A stretch of DNA of 32,000 nt from Isorropodon fossajaponicum endosymbiont JTNG4. Lineage in GTDB: Bacteria > Pseudomonadota > Gammaproteobacteria > PS1 > Pseudothioglobaceae. Of the stretch, positions 10,606-18,313 are shown in pieces. The position numbers and the translations under genes are program-made. The first letter of the stretch is position 1, and the number at the start of each line of letters is the position of its first letter. The stretch spans positions 900,001 through 932,000 of the forward strand of contig NZ_AP013043.1 in the NCBI RefSeq assembly GCF_016592615.1, read 5' to 3'. The notes below the pieces were generated by a model. The model was given only the letters and a program-made list of their open reading frames with translations, did not search any database and was not told where the DNA came from.

Positions 10606-10632
10606 TGCAATGCTCTAACCTACTTGGACACA
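10606..10632. repeat. Terminal inverted repeat of the IS3-family element (orfB-distal end)
   Basis: Exact 27-nt reverse-complement match to 11879-11905. Confidence 0.85.
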
Positions 10633-10634
10633 TT

Positions 10635-11363
10635 TCAAGCCGCTTTTTTCAATTCAGCCATCTTTTGAGCAGGTGTTAAATACCCAATCGCTGAATGAAT
10701 CCTTTTGTAATTATACAAGTAGATATAACCCTCTACATTTTGCACGACTTCACTATGATTTGCAAAACTTTGATAATTTAATCTCTCAGTCTTCAGACTT
10801 CTAAAGAAACGCTCCATGACCGCATTATCCCAACAATTACCTCGCCTGCTCATGCTTTGAGTAATGTTGTTCTTGTTGCAATAATCAATAAAAACTTTAG
10901 AAGAGTATTGAGTCCCTTGATCAGAGTGGAACATGTGTTTATTTGTATTGGGCTGGTGTCTAGACACAGCATTACTAAGCGCATCCTTTGCCAACTGAGC
11001 ATTAGGCTGTTTTGACAATGCCCAACCAACAACTTGTCTTGAGCCTAAATCCAACACACTGGCTAAATAACTCCCACCTTGATAGGTTTTGATATAGGTA
11101 ATATCACCAACCCAATGCGTATTAATTGATTGCTGCTCAAACACACGATTTAATAGGTTTTTTGCCTTTTTAAACATCAATCTAGTATTAGGGTAATAAT
11201 GACGCTTTCTTGGGCGTATGGCAACTACATTGGCTTTTTTCATTAGCGTTGCAGTTTGGTAAATACCAATGTTATAACCTTGGTTATTCAAAACTACTCG
11301 CATTCTGCGTTTGCCATAGGTGTATCCAACTTCAATAGCAGTTTGTTTGATTAATTTAATCAT
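10635..11363 (-). CDS. IS3-family transposase OrfB (integrase/rve catalytic domain)
   Basis: 242 aa. [68 protein letters not shown] and [15 protein letters not shown] are the canonical DDE(35)E IS3 signature. The same frame continues upstream to the slippery site but contains a TGA at 11439-11441. Confidence 0.9.
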   Translation of the reverse strand: MIKLIKQTAIEVGYTYGKRRMRVVLNNQGYNIGIYQTATLMKKANVVAIRPRKRHYYPNTRLMFKKAKNLLNRVFEQQSINTHWVGDITYIKTYQGGSYLASVLDLGSRQVVGWALSKQPNAQLAKDALSNAVSRHQPNTNKHMFHSDQGTQYSSKVFIDYCNKNNITQSMSRRGNCWDNAVMERFFRSLKTERLNYQSFANHSEVVQNVEGYIYLYNYKRIHSAIGYLTPAQKMAELKKAA

Positions 11364-11488
11364 AGCGTTGGTGTTGTTGTTTACTCGCTTATCTTTGACT
11401 TGATAGTAATAACTACTGTGAGGAAGTTTGAGTAATGCTCATAATTCTTTAGTATTGTATTGTTGGCAAGCCTTGTTTATCTTGATAA

Positions 11489-11840
11489 TCATATCACTTG
11501 GTGATTGTCCACAGCGAACAAGGCTGTTGCCTTTTTTAAGATTTCATTGTCCCTTTGTGCGCGCCAAAGTTGTTTCTCAAGCAGTTGTATTGTTTGTTGT
11601 TCAGAAGTCAGCGCTTTGCCTGACTCTGGTGTTTGTCCACCAAGCTCTGCTAGGTATTGTTTTCTCCATCTGCTAACTGCTGAGGAGCAAGCTCCTGATA
11701 TTATCATGATTTTTTTTATTGGTGTAATTCTCATGCACCATGAGTTTGGCATAATCTAGTGTTCCCCCCTCAAGGGGGTATTGAACAGAATGTTCAACGG
11801 TAAAAGTCACTCGTTGTTTTCTTGATTTATATTGTGTCAT
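11489..11840 (-). pseudogene. IS3-family OrfA (HTH / leucine zipper) split across two frames
   Basis: From the ATG at 11840: MTQYKSRKQRVTFTVEHSVQYPLEGGTLDYAKL...; this frame ends at 11673. The second frame (11489-11752) carries ...SAVSRWRKQYLAELGGQ...LTSEQQTIQLLEKQLWRAQRDNEILKKATALFA. The shift must lie within 11673-11752, which contains an A8 homopolymer (plus-strand T8 at ~11710-11717). Confidence 0.7.
11531..11537 (-). promoter_or_regulatory. A_AAA_AAG programmed -1 ribosomal frameshift motif at the orfA/orfB junction
   Basis: The minus strand reads GAA ATC TTA AAA AAG GCA in the orfA frame (EILKKA). This heptamer is the classic IS3-family slippery sequence, and the -1 frame leads into orfB. 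Confidence 0.7.
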
Positions 11841-11878
11841 TACTGACCTCCTTATGGTTTGTATTATAAGGCTATCTT

Positions 11879-11905
11879 TGTGTCCAAGTAGGTTAGAGCA
11901 TTGCA
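11879..11905. repeat. Terminal inverted repeat of the IS3-family element (orfA-proximal end)
   Basis: Exact 27-nt reverse-complement match to 10606-10632. Confidence 0.85.
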
Positions 11906-11934
11906 CACTCACCGAAACCCTACATTTCCCTAAA

Positions 11935-12192
11935 TCATGCCTTCATTGTGAAGATCCGCCACTGAATCAAACGTTCTAATGATTGAATAACTCGTCTTGC
12001 TGGCATGGACAAGTCCACATCAATATTCAAGCCTTCCCGATTGTAATCATCGACAACATTAAAAGTTCTAATGTGCCTGCCATCAGTGAGTGAGTCTGAC
12101 ATAAAATCCATTGACCAAGTTTGGTTAAGTATGGACAGCTCTATTGGGCACACATCTGGGCAAGAGGTATGCCAAAATATAGCATTGTCCAC
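11935..12192 (-). mobile_element. Internal fragment of an IS3-family (IS407/IS2-like) transposase OrfB
   Basis: LNQTWSMDFMSDSLTDGRHIRTFNVVDDYNREGLNIDVDLSMPARRVIQSLERLIQW matches the first-Asp region of IS407-group OrfB (PNQ.WsmDF..D.l.dGr.fR..nv.Dd.nRe.L). It has no start and no C-terminal half. Confidence 0.7.
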
Positions 12193-12242
12193 TTATTTTT
12201 ACTTATCCTCAGAGGGTGTTATTTTGTTGTTATTGTCATCAA

Positions 12243-12760
12243 TTAATGCGCATCTTTATTAACAAAGGCAAGCAAAGGTTTTTGATTAAACAGTCTTTGC
12301 TTTTTTGCCTCTTTCAATGTTTGATTACGTGCAACCATCATGGCAATCATATTGGCATTACTCGATCCTGTTGTCATTTGTCCTTCGCCGTTTTTAAAAC
12401 CCACTATGTCAAGCATCTGCCCAATCATATATTTTTCCATTAACGTCGCAACAGGTACAGATTCAAAAGTGCAGTTTGAAGTATTGCTTAGCGCAGTCAC
12501 AATTTCACCCACAATGGAAGGTTGATTAGCGCCCGACCACATACGATTGGCAAAATTAGGATGGCTAGTATTGGGAGAATATTCTAGGCATTGCCCCACC
12601 CATACAAATACCCCTTCCCAACACTGTGAGCCTTGTTTGTTTAAATTTAGGGTTTTTCCAACTCATTAATAGTTTGATAATTAATAAGTTGATTGGATTT
12701 TTAAAAATTTGAAGTAGCTAAGACCTGGGCTATTTTTTGTAAGATATCCTGATCTTGCAT
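12243..12760 (-). pseudogene. PLP-dependent group II decarboxylase (glutamate / diaminobutyrate / cysteine-sulfinate decarboxylase family), degraded and 3'-truncated
   Basis: ORF 12243-12599 reads ...SPNTSHPNFANRMWSGANQPSIVGEIVTALSNTS...SVPVATLMEKYMIGQMLDIVGF..GEGQMTTGSSNANMIAMMVARN, collinear with the N-terminal third of group II decarboxylases. Upstream pieces (ATG at 12760, MQDQDILQKIAQVLATSNF*) sit in other frames. The gene ends abruptly (VNKDAH*) at the IS fragment. Confidence 0.6.
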
Positions 12761-12763
12761 CAA

Positions 12764-13131
12764 TTAGGCTCGTCTATTTAGAATAACCATGACAATGCCT
12801 AAAACTAAAATAGACAAAGCTGCATTTGCCAAGCCTGAGTCAGTTTGTATTTGCCCATTTTCACTCCACTTAACCACCCAGTAAACAAATGGAAAAATAC
12901 TACACCTGCCATCACTACTGATGCCATTAAGCCACCAATGCAATGCAATTTTTCTCTTCGATGCCACAAAACAAGAGGAGATAATAAAACCAAAGAAGTG
13001 ATCAGCTCGAAACCGCCAACAATATAAGCGCCATATTGAGTGAACAATCCACCTATCGTATTGCCTAAAAAAACATACGATGCCCATAAAGCAATTAACC
13101 AACTAACAACAACTTTAATATTATTATTCAT
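12764..13131 (-). CDS. Small polytopic membrane protein (DoxX-like), apparently frameshifted near its 3' end
   Basis: ORF 12805-13131 (MNNNIKVVVSWLIALWASYVFLGN...GGFELITSLVLL...) has three hydrophobic helices. The last helix (AALSILVLGIVMVIL) is encoded in the overlapping frame 12764-13102. The family assignment is weak. Confidence 0.35.
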
Positions 13132-13175
13132 TTTTTCTATTCCCCTTTTGTTTTGTAATGATTTTTAAAGTTTAA

Positions 13176-14240
13176 TTATAAACGATTCAATACTTTGCCA
13201 GAGTCCAAGGCTGCTCTTGTTATATCGGCAGCCCCAACTAATGAACTGGCTTTTTTAGTATGCCAAAGAATCAAGCTAGCAGCCAAGACCAAGCCATCAT
13301 AAAACAGCCCTTTTTCACCTGATAAGGCAGATTTTCCTAATTTAACTGTGTAATCTGCCAAAGCTTTAATGTCATTATGTATATCCAGCTCACTAGGAAA
13401 TGAAATAGTGCGCATATCTTGATTAATGCCCAACGACTTAGGATCAATATCCACTCTGTCTTGCTCAACCAAGCCTTGATAAGAAATCATTAAGCCTTTT
13501 TGACGAAGTGAGGGAATTACACCACCCTCAACGCCACGAACTAGTAACGATGTATCCATGCCTGAGGCAGTTACTAAGTGGGCATAAATAGGAGGGTAAG
13601 GCTTATGCACATAACCCAAAATAGAATGCGTTTTTTTGCCACGCAATGGTCCAATTAAGGTTTCTACTGTGTTAATCACACTGCGCTTAATAATTTGATT
13701 ACGCAAAGGCACAAGGTTGTGTAAGCCTTGGCAGTAGTTTGCTTGATCAATATACGACCAACCAATATTGCCATCTTCAAGCCGAGCTTTTGCCTGTGCA
13801 GTTGAGTGATCAACCTCTAAACCCAAAGCCTCATTAATATGCCGATGAGTAAGCCCATATTTTGGCGATACACTGTCCAAGCCATGAATAACGGTAGGCA
13901 AACCAAGCTCAGCCAACAATGGTGGTAAAAATGATGAAATTGGGACAGAACGATTATAACCACTATAAGGGTCGCCCAAATCTACCAAATCATCAACCAT
14001 CACCTGCTGCTGATCAGATTCACTAAGAATAGCAGCAAGAATGCCTTCATTCTCTTCATGTGTTTCATGTTTCATACGAAGTGCAATTAAAAAGATAGCT
14101 GATTGCACGTCATTAATCTCACCACGTAATATCCCTTGCATGCCTGCTTTAGCCTCTTCAAAATCAATATTTTTACTCAAATCAGGACCTGTTGCTATGC
14201 GTTGAATAATTGAGTGCATGAGTGTTTTAGATGTTTTCAT
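13176..14240 (-). CDS. Glycosyl transferase family 3 / anthranilate phosphoribosyltransferase-like protein (divergent TrpD paralogue)
   Basis: The N-terminal helical bundle (LSKNIDFEEAKAGMQGILRGEINDVQSAIFLIALRMKHETHEE) is collinear with TrpD, followed by a Rossmann-like body. The TrpD GTGGD and KHGNR motifs are replaced by LGDPYSGYNRS and IHGLDSVSPKYG. I place the start at the ATG at 14240 (MKTSKTLMH...), 4 nt after the Rieske stop, instead of the track start at 14309. Confidence 0.6.
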   Translation of the reverse strand: MKTSKTLMHSIIQRIATGPDLSKNIDFEEAKAGMQGILRGEINDVQSAIFLIALRMKHETHEENEGILAAILSESDQQQVMVDDLVDLGDPYSGYNRSVPISSFLPPLLAELGLPTVIHGLDSVSPKYGLTHRHINEALGLEVDHSTAQAKARLEDGNIGWSYIDQANYCQGLHNLVPLRNQIIKRSVINTVETLIGPLRGKKTHSILGYVHKPYPPIYAHLVTASGMDTSLLVRGVEGGVIPSLRQKGLMISYQGLVEQDRVDIDPKSLGINQDMRTISFPSELDIHNDIKALADYTVKLGKSALSGEKGLFYDGLVLAASLILWHTKKASSLVGAADITRAALDSGKVLNRL

Positions 14241-14244
14241 AATT

Positions 14245-14541
14245 TTAAATATTAATATAGATTTTATTATTTTCTTGTTTGGTAGGATAAACGCGCAAAT
14301 TATCAACATCTGCCTGTGCGCTATCTCCTGTGGTCAAATCAAAGCTGAATCCATGTAGTGAACACTTGATTCGATTACCTTTTAAACAACCTAGCGTCAA
14401 TTTAATATCTTCATGTGGACAGCGGTTATCTACACAATGTAGCTCACCTTGATTAAGTGTAATCAATAAATCCTTACTTTTTACGACAACCTCAATCATC
14501 GTACCTTCTTTTGGCGCCTGATCTAAAACTTTTACCCACAT
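14245..14541 (-). CDS. Rieske [2Fe-2S] domain protein, NirD/NasE-like small subunit type
   Basis: 98 aa with CVDNRCPHEDIKLTLG and IKCSLHGFSFDLTTG (the CxH...CxxH Rieske ligands). Its size and pattern are like B. subtilis NasE-type nitrite reductase small subunits. Confidence 0.7.
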   Translation of the reverse strand: MWVKVLDQAPKEGTMIEVVVKSKDLLITLNQGELHCVDNRCPHEDIKLTLGCLKGNRIKCSLHGFSFDLTTGDSAQADVDNLRVYPTKQENNKIYINI

Positions 14542-14546
14542 AAAAT

Positions 14547-15155
14547 CTAGAAGAGTCTCCGAACATTATTACCATCTAATTGGGAGGCGCATTGTTGGAG
14601 TTGTTGTTTATAACGCTGTGCATTGTCATCAACACTACGTGCTATTTTTATCAGCCACGGCTTAGCAGAATAAGTTTGTTTATTAAAACCACCATGCCCT
14701 TCATGATAAGCAAGGTATTGATTGTGAGTATCTGATTTATCAATACCAGAACGCTTACTGGACTGATTAATATACCAACCAATAAAGTCTATAGCATCAT
14801 CAAAATCATCACGATCGGCATTTTGATTGCTTGTTTTTAGCTGGTACCATTCCCAAGTTGTGTCTTTAACTTGTGCAAAACCATAGGCACTACTTGATCT
14901 AAACCATGGTACGACACCAAACAGCTTATTTCTTGGCGGTTTTGCATCTGATGCAAAATGTGATTCTTGATACATAATAGCCAACTGCACATGCATAGGT
15001 GAGCCATACTTTTTCTCACTAGCTTTAACTGCTTGATACCAACTCACCTGCTCATCCATTAAATGGCAAATATTGTTCACTTGTACAGCAGGTGTTGAAA
15101 AACACCCACTAAATGTTAACGGGATTAACGCAATGAGTAAGTACTTTTTTATCAT
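14547..15155 (-). CDS. Lipoprotein with lytic transglycosylase (SLT)-like domain
   Basis: Signal peptide plus lipobox MIKKYLLIALIPLTFSGC. Motifs LAIMYQESHFASDA (catalytic Glu-Ser motif) and SAYGFAQVKDTTW. 202 aa. Confidence 0.6.
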   Translation of the reverse strand: MIKKYLLIALIPLTFSGCFSTPAVQVNNICHLMDEQVSWYQAVKASEKKYGSPMHVQLAIMYQESHFASDAKPPRNKLFGVVPWFRSSSAYGFAQVKDTTWEWYQLKTSNQNADRDDFDDAIDFIGWYINQSSKRSGIDKSDTHNQYLAYHEGHGGFNKQTYSAKPWLIKIARSVDDNAQRYKQQLQQCASQLDGNNVRRLF

Positions 15156-15466
15156 ACAAATATTTTATAAACAACAATCGCTTGAATAATGAACAAAATG
15201 ACAAACATGCCCTTAACAGCGCCATTTGATAACGACTTAGACTCAGAACTAGACGCCTTAGCACCTTTTTCTAGATTAACATCCATTGCCACCCAGCCCT
15301 TTTCAGAGTTTTGCGCACTAAACACAACGCGTGTATTAACTTTTAGACGAGATTTATTAAAAATATTTTTTTGATGAATGAAATATTTTTCACCATCATC
15401 ACCCGTAATAAAACCATACCCCTTAGTGCCAAATTGTATCACCATTCCTTTTATTTTTTTTGCCAT
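15152..15466 (-). CDS. Cold-shock-domain protein with a C-terminal transmembrane anchor
   Basis: KGMVIQFGTKGYGFITGDDGEKYFIHQKNI matches CspA RNP1/RNP2-like motifs (KGFGFI, vFvH). A Ser-rich linker and a hydrophobic tail (GMFVILFIIQAIVVYKIFV) follow. It overlaps the SLT lipoprotein gene by 4 nt. Confidence 0.6.
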   Translation of the reverse strand: MAKKIKGMVIQFGTKGYGFITGDDGEKYFIHQKNIFNKSRLKVNTRVVFSAQNSEKGWVAMDVNLEKGAKASSSESKSLSNGAVKGMFVILFIIQAIVVYKIFV

Positions 15467-15474
15467 TTTTCCTC

Positions 15475-16122
15475 TTATTTTTTACGCAAACAATACGTTG
15501 CTTTTTCAATAAAATCAACATTTTCACGTTGAAACTTGGGCTCATTTTTAATATCATCAAAACATTGTAACTGCTGACATTCAAACCCTTTAAAAAGTGA
15601 AACCACCTCCGTCTTATTAACCGCATAAGGCGGTCCACTTACTTGTGATTGAGGATAATTTAAGGTTAATAATAGCATCCTGCAACCAGCGGGTATTATA
15701 GCGTATAAGTGAGATGCATATTTCGCTCTTAAAGCTAAAGGCAGTGCGATTAAAGACGCTCTATCATACACAGCACTAACATGATTCAAAACACTGGCAT
15801 CAAGGTCAAAATAATCACCGCAATAAATATCAATATTTTCTGAAGAAAAAATCACAAATTTACCACTTTTCTTAGTTGAAAAATGCAACTCATTCTCTAC
15901 AAAAAACTGCCGAGTAGCAAGCTCACTCAACTCAACACCCAGCACCTTAAAACCTTTTTCTAGAACATACAACATATCAACGCTTTTTCCACATAATGGC
16001 ACAAATACACAAGCATTAGTACTTAATTTTAAACAATCAATAAATTCAATTAGTCTTGAGTTAGGTTGATTTTTATGCCAACCTATTTTTCCTTCTTGCC
16101 AGCGTGTTATCCAATCGGTCAT
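15475..16122 (-). CDS. tpm: Thiopurine S-methyltransferase
   Basis: 215 aa. WQEGKIGWHKNQPNSRLIEF...VFVPLCGKSVDMLYVLEKGFKVLGVELSELA...CGDYF is the TPMT family signature. Confidence 0.85.
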   Translation of the reverse strand: MTDWITRWQEGKIGWHKNQPNSRLIEFIDCLKLSTNACVFVPLCGKSVDMLYVLEKGFKVLGVELSELATRQFFVENELHFSTKKSGKFVIFSSENIDIYCGDYFDLDASVLNHVSAVYDRASLIALPLALRAKYASHLYAIIPAGCRMLLLTLNYPQSQVSGPPYAVNKTEVVSLFKGFECQQLQCFDDIKNEPKFQRENVDFIEKATYCLRKK

Positions 16123-16137
16123 ATATAATAATAATCC

Positions 16138-16620
16138 ATGAAAAAAAGAAAAATAATTTTACAATGGTTACTAATCATTATTGCTATTTTTAGTTTTCGT
16201 ACTTATCAACAATATGACTTGAGTAGTGGTGTTGTACCAAGTTTTAATAGCAAAACTTTAAGTGGAGCGATTGTTTCATCACACTCAAATGAGGCGACTT
16301 TGATACATTTTTGGGCCACTTGGTGTGGTATCTGCCAACTTGAAAATGACAATATTCAAACTATAAGCCGTGATTATAGAGTGCTTAATATTGCCATGCA
16401 ATCTGGCTCTGACGCTGATTTACAAGCCTATGCACAAGATCGTAACATGAAAACAGACAATATTATTAATGATAATTCTGGCTCTTTGGCAAGGTTGCTT
16501 GGCGTTAAAGCCACACCAACGAGTTTTTTCATCTCAAAAGACAACCAAATTAAATTTAGCGAGGTCGGTTATGTGAGTACGCTGGGTTATCGCTTAAGGT
16601 TATGGTGGACAAGTTTATGA
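16138..16620 (+). CDS. Membrane-anchored thioredoxin-fold protein disulfide oxidoreductase (TlpA/DsbE-like)
   Basis: 160 aa with an N-terminal TM helix, the HFWATWCGICQLE CxxC active site and VKATPTSFFI (cis-Pro loop). Confidence 0.8.
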   Translation: MKKRKIILQWLLIIIAIFSFRTYQQYDLSSGVVPSFNSKTLSGAIVSSHSNEATLIHFWATWCGICQLENDNIQTISRDYRVLNIAMQSGSDADLQAYAQDRNMKTDNIINDNSGSLARLLGVKATPTSFFISKDNQIKFSEVGYVSTLGYRLRLWWTSL

Positions 16621-17276
16621 ACATACAAAACTGGCACCCAAGTATCAAAACATTGCTTGAAACACAATCAATGGTTGATTTAAAACGATTTTTACAACAG
16701 CAAAAACAAGCTAAAAAAGTTATTTTCCCCCATTCTAAAAACTGGTTTAAAGCCTTTGAATTAACTGCATTTGATAAAGTTAAAGTCATTATTCTTGGGC
16801 AAGATCCTTATCATGGATTAGGGCAGGCTCATGGTTTGAGTTTTTCAGTCGTCCAAGGCGTAAAAAAGCCACCATCTCTTGGTAATATCTTTAAAGAATT
16901 ACATGGTGATTTAAACATTAAACCTAGCCAAAGTGGTGATTTAACACACTGGGCAACACAAGGTGTTTTACTACTTAATAGTGTTTTGACTGTTGAAGCT
17001 CATCAGGCAGCTTCTCATGCCAACCAAGGCTGGGAAGTATTTGCCGATGGCATTATTAAAACTCTAAGCGAACAAAGGCAACATTTAGTATTTATGCTTT
17101 GGGGTGCTTATGCACAGAAAAAAGCGACATTTATTGATAAAGATAAGCACTTAATCCTTACTACCACGCACCCCTCTCCTTTATCAGCACATCGTGGTTT
17201 TTTAGGGTGTCGGCATTTTTCAAAAGCCAATGATTATCTTAAAATGCACAATCAACAAGTGATTAACTGGTCATAA
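16617..17276 (+). CDS. ung: Uracil-DNA glycosylase
   Basis: [34 protein letters not shown] and [18 protein letters not shown] are invariant Ung motifs. I prefer the ATG at 16617 (ATGA overlap with the upstream stop); the track start is 16602. Confidence 0.95.
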   Translation: MNIQNWHPSIKTLLETQSMVDLKRFLQQQKQAKKVIFPHSKNWFKAFELTAFDKVKVIILGQDPYHGLGQAHGLSFSVVQGVKKPPSLGNIFKELHGDLNIKPSQSGDLTHWATQGVLLLNSVLTVEAHQAASHANQGWEVFADGIIKTLSEQRQHLVFMLWGAYAQKKATFIDKDKHLILTTTHPSPLSAHRGFLGCRHFSKANDYLKMHNQQVINWS

Positions 17277-18313
17277 TGAAACTGGTTATTGACGATGCTT
17301 GCTATGCCTATAAAGAAATTTTTGATCGTTTTGGTGAAATTACTGCTATTGCTGGTAGAGATATTAACGCCAACTCGGTTAAAGATGCAGATGTATTAAT
17401 TGTACGTTCACGAACTAAAGTTAATCAGGCGTTATTGAACGGTAGCCGAGTAAAGTTTGTCGGCTCAACAGTTGCTGGGCTGGACCATATTGATCAAGAC
17501 TATTTAAAGACCAAAGGCACTCAATTTTTCTCAGCCCAAGGCTGCAACTCAATGGCAGTAGCTGAGTTTGTGATAAGCACCATTGTTAATTTAGCAGATG
17601 AGTTGAATTTTAACTATCAAAAGAAAACTTTGGGTATTATTGGTGTCGGTAATGTTGGCACAAGATTGGCAGAAAAATCCAAGTTGATGGGCATTAAAAC
17701 CTTGCTGAATGATCCACCACGCCAAATGCATGAAAATCTAGACAACTTTGTTGATTTAAATACAGCATTAAGCGCTGATATTGTCACTTTCCATACACCA
17801 TTGACCGTTGATGGTAAGCATCCATCCTATCAACTGTTAAATGAAAATAATTTTCATCACATCACAAACAAAACCATTCTTTTTAATGCAGCACGTGGTG
17901 GTGTGATAAAAGAAGTAATATGGCAAAAGCATAAAACACTTGCTAATATTATTGACTGCTGGGAGGATGAACCTAACATCAACCCAAGTTTACAAAATAC
18001 TGCTTATTTAGCCACGCCACACATTGCTGGGCACTCAGTTGATGCAAAATTTATGGGTAGTTTTATAATATATGAAGCATTGTGTACTTTTTTAGGCGAA
18101 AAACAAGATGAAAATATCAGAAATTTAATTAATGCTGATGAGTTATCCATCGATAGAAGTAATTTAAAAGACACTTTAAATGAAATTTATGATTTTCAAC
18201 AAGATGCGAACGCTATTAAAGATGTTAATAACTTTGAAGACTATCGTAGAAACTACCCTATTCGTTATGAATGGCGCCATTTTAAAAGCAAAACTACCCT
18301 TCCGATTGTTTAA
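17276..18313 (+). CDS. pdxB: Erythronate-4-phosphate dehydrogenase
   Basis: 345 aa. The N-terminus [30 protein letters not shown]...[14 protein letters not shown] parallels E. coli PdxB. It has the [15 protein letters not shown] motif and PHIAGHS. Confidence 0.9.
   Translation: MKLVIDDACYAYKEIFDRFGEITAIAGRDINANSVKDADVLIVRSRTKVNQALLNGSRVKFVGSTVAGLDHIDQDYLKTKGTQFFSAQGCNSMAVAEFVISTIVNLADELNFNYQKKTLGIIGVGNVGTRLAEKSKLMGIKTLLNDPPRQMHENLDNFVDLNTALSADIVTFHTPLTVDGKHPSYQLLNENNFHHITNKTILFNAARGGVIKEVIWQKHKTLANIIDCWEDEPNINPSLQNTAYLATPHIAGHSVDAKFMGSFIIYEALCTFLGEKQDENIRNLINADELSIDRSNLKDTLNEIYDFQQDANAIKDVNNFEDYRRNYPIRYEWRHFKSKTTLPIV

Larger units (their letters stand above)
10606..11905 (-). mobile_element. 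IS3-family insertion sequence (~1.3 kb) with perfect 27-bp terminal inverted repeats; coding capacity defective
   Basis: The inverted repeat TGCAATGCTCTAACCTACTTGGACACA occurs at 10606-10632, and its exact reverse complement at 11879-11905. The ends may extend ~5 nt further with imperfect TGA.. termini. It has orfA, an A_AAA_AAG slippery site and orfB with the DDE/rve region. Confidence 0.85.

Noticed and set aside
10485-10679. A plus-strand ORF spanning the IS boundary.
   Set aside because: It crosses from the IS5 remnant into the IS3 inverted repeat and runs antisense to transposase sequence, so it is an artefact of juxtaposition.
11439-11441. The in-frame TGA shared by both IS copies could indicate UGA recoding (Trp or Sec).
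   Set aside because: TGA is used as an ordinary stop by well-conserved genes in this window (moaC, pcnB, the thioredoxin-like gene). I saw no SECIS-like context. A shared inactivating mutation is simpler.
11765-11778. A GC-only hairpin (CCCCC-TCAA-GGGGG) inside the IS orfA, conspicuous in AT-rich DNA.
   Set aside because: The stem is short (5-6 bp) and lies within coding sequence (YPLEGG). No positional logic ties it to frameshifting or translation initiation.
14241-14309. N-terminal extension of the TrpD-like ORF. The same issue applies to mobA at 26669-26794.
   Set aside because: These extensions overlap the neighbouring gene (the Rieske ORF and the moeA start, respectively) and are hydrophobic junk. 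Internal Met codons give family-typical N-termini.
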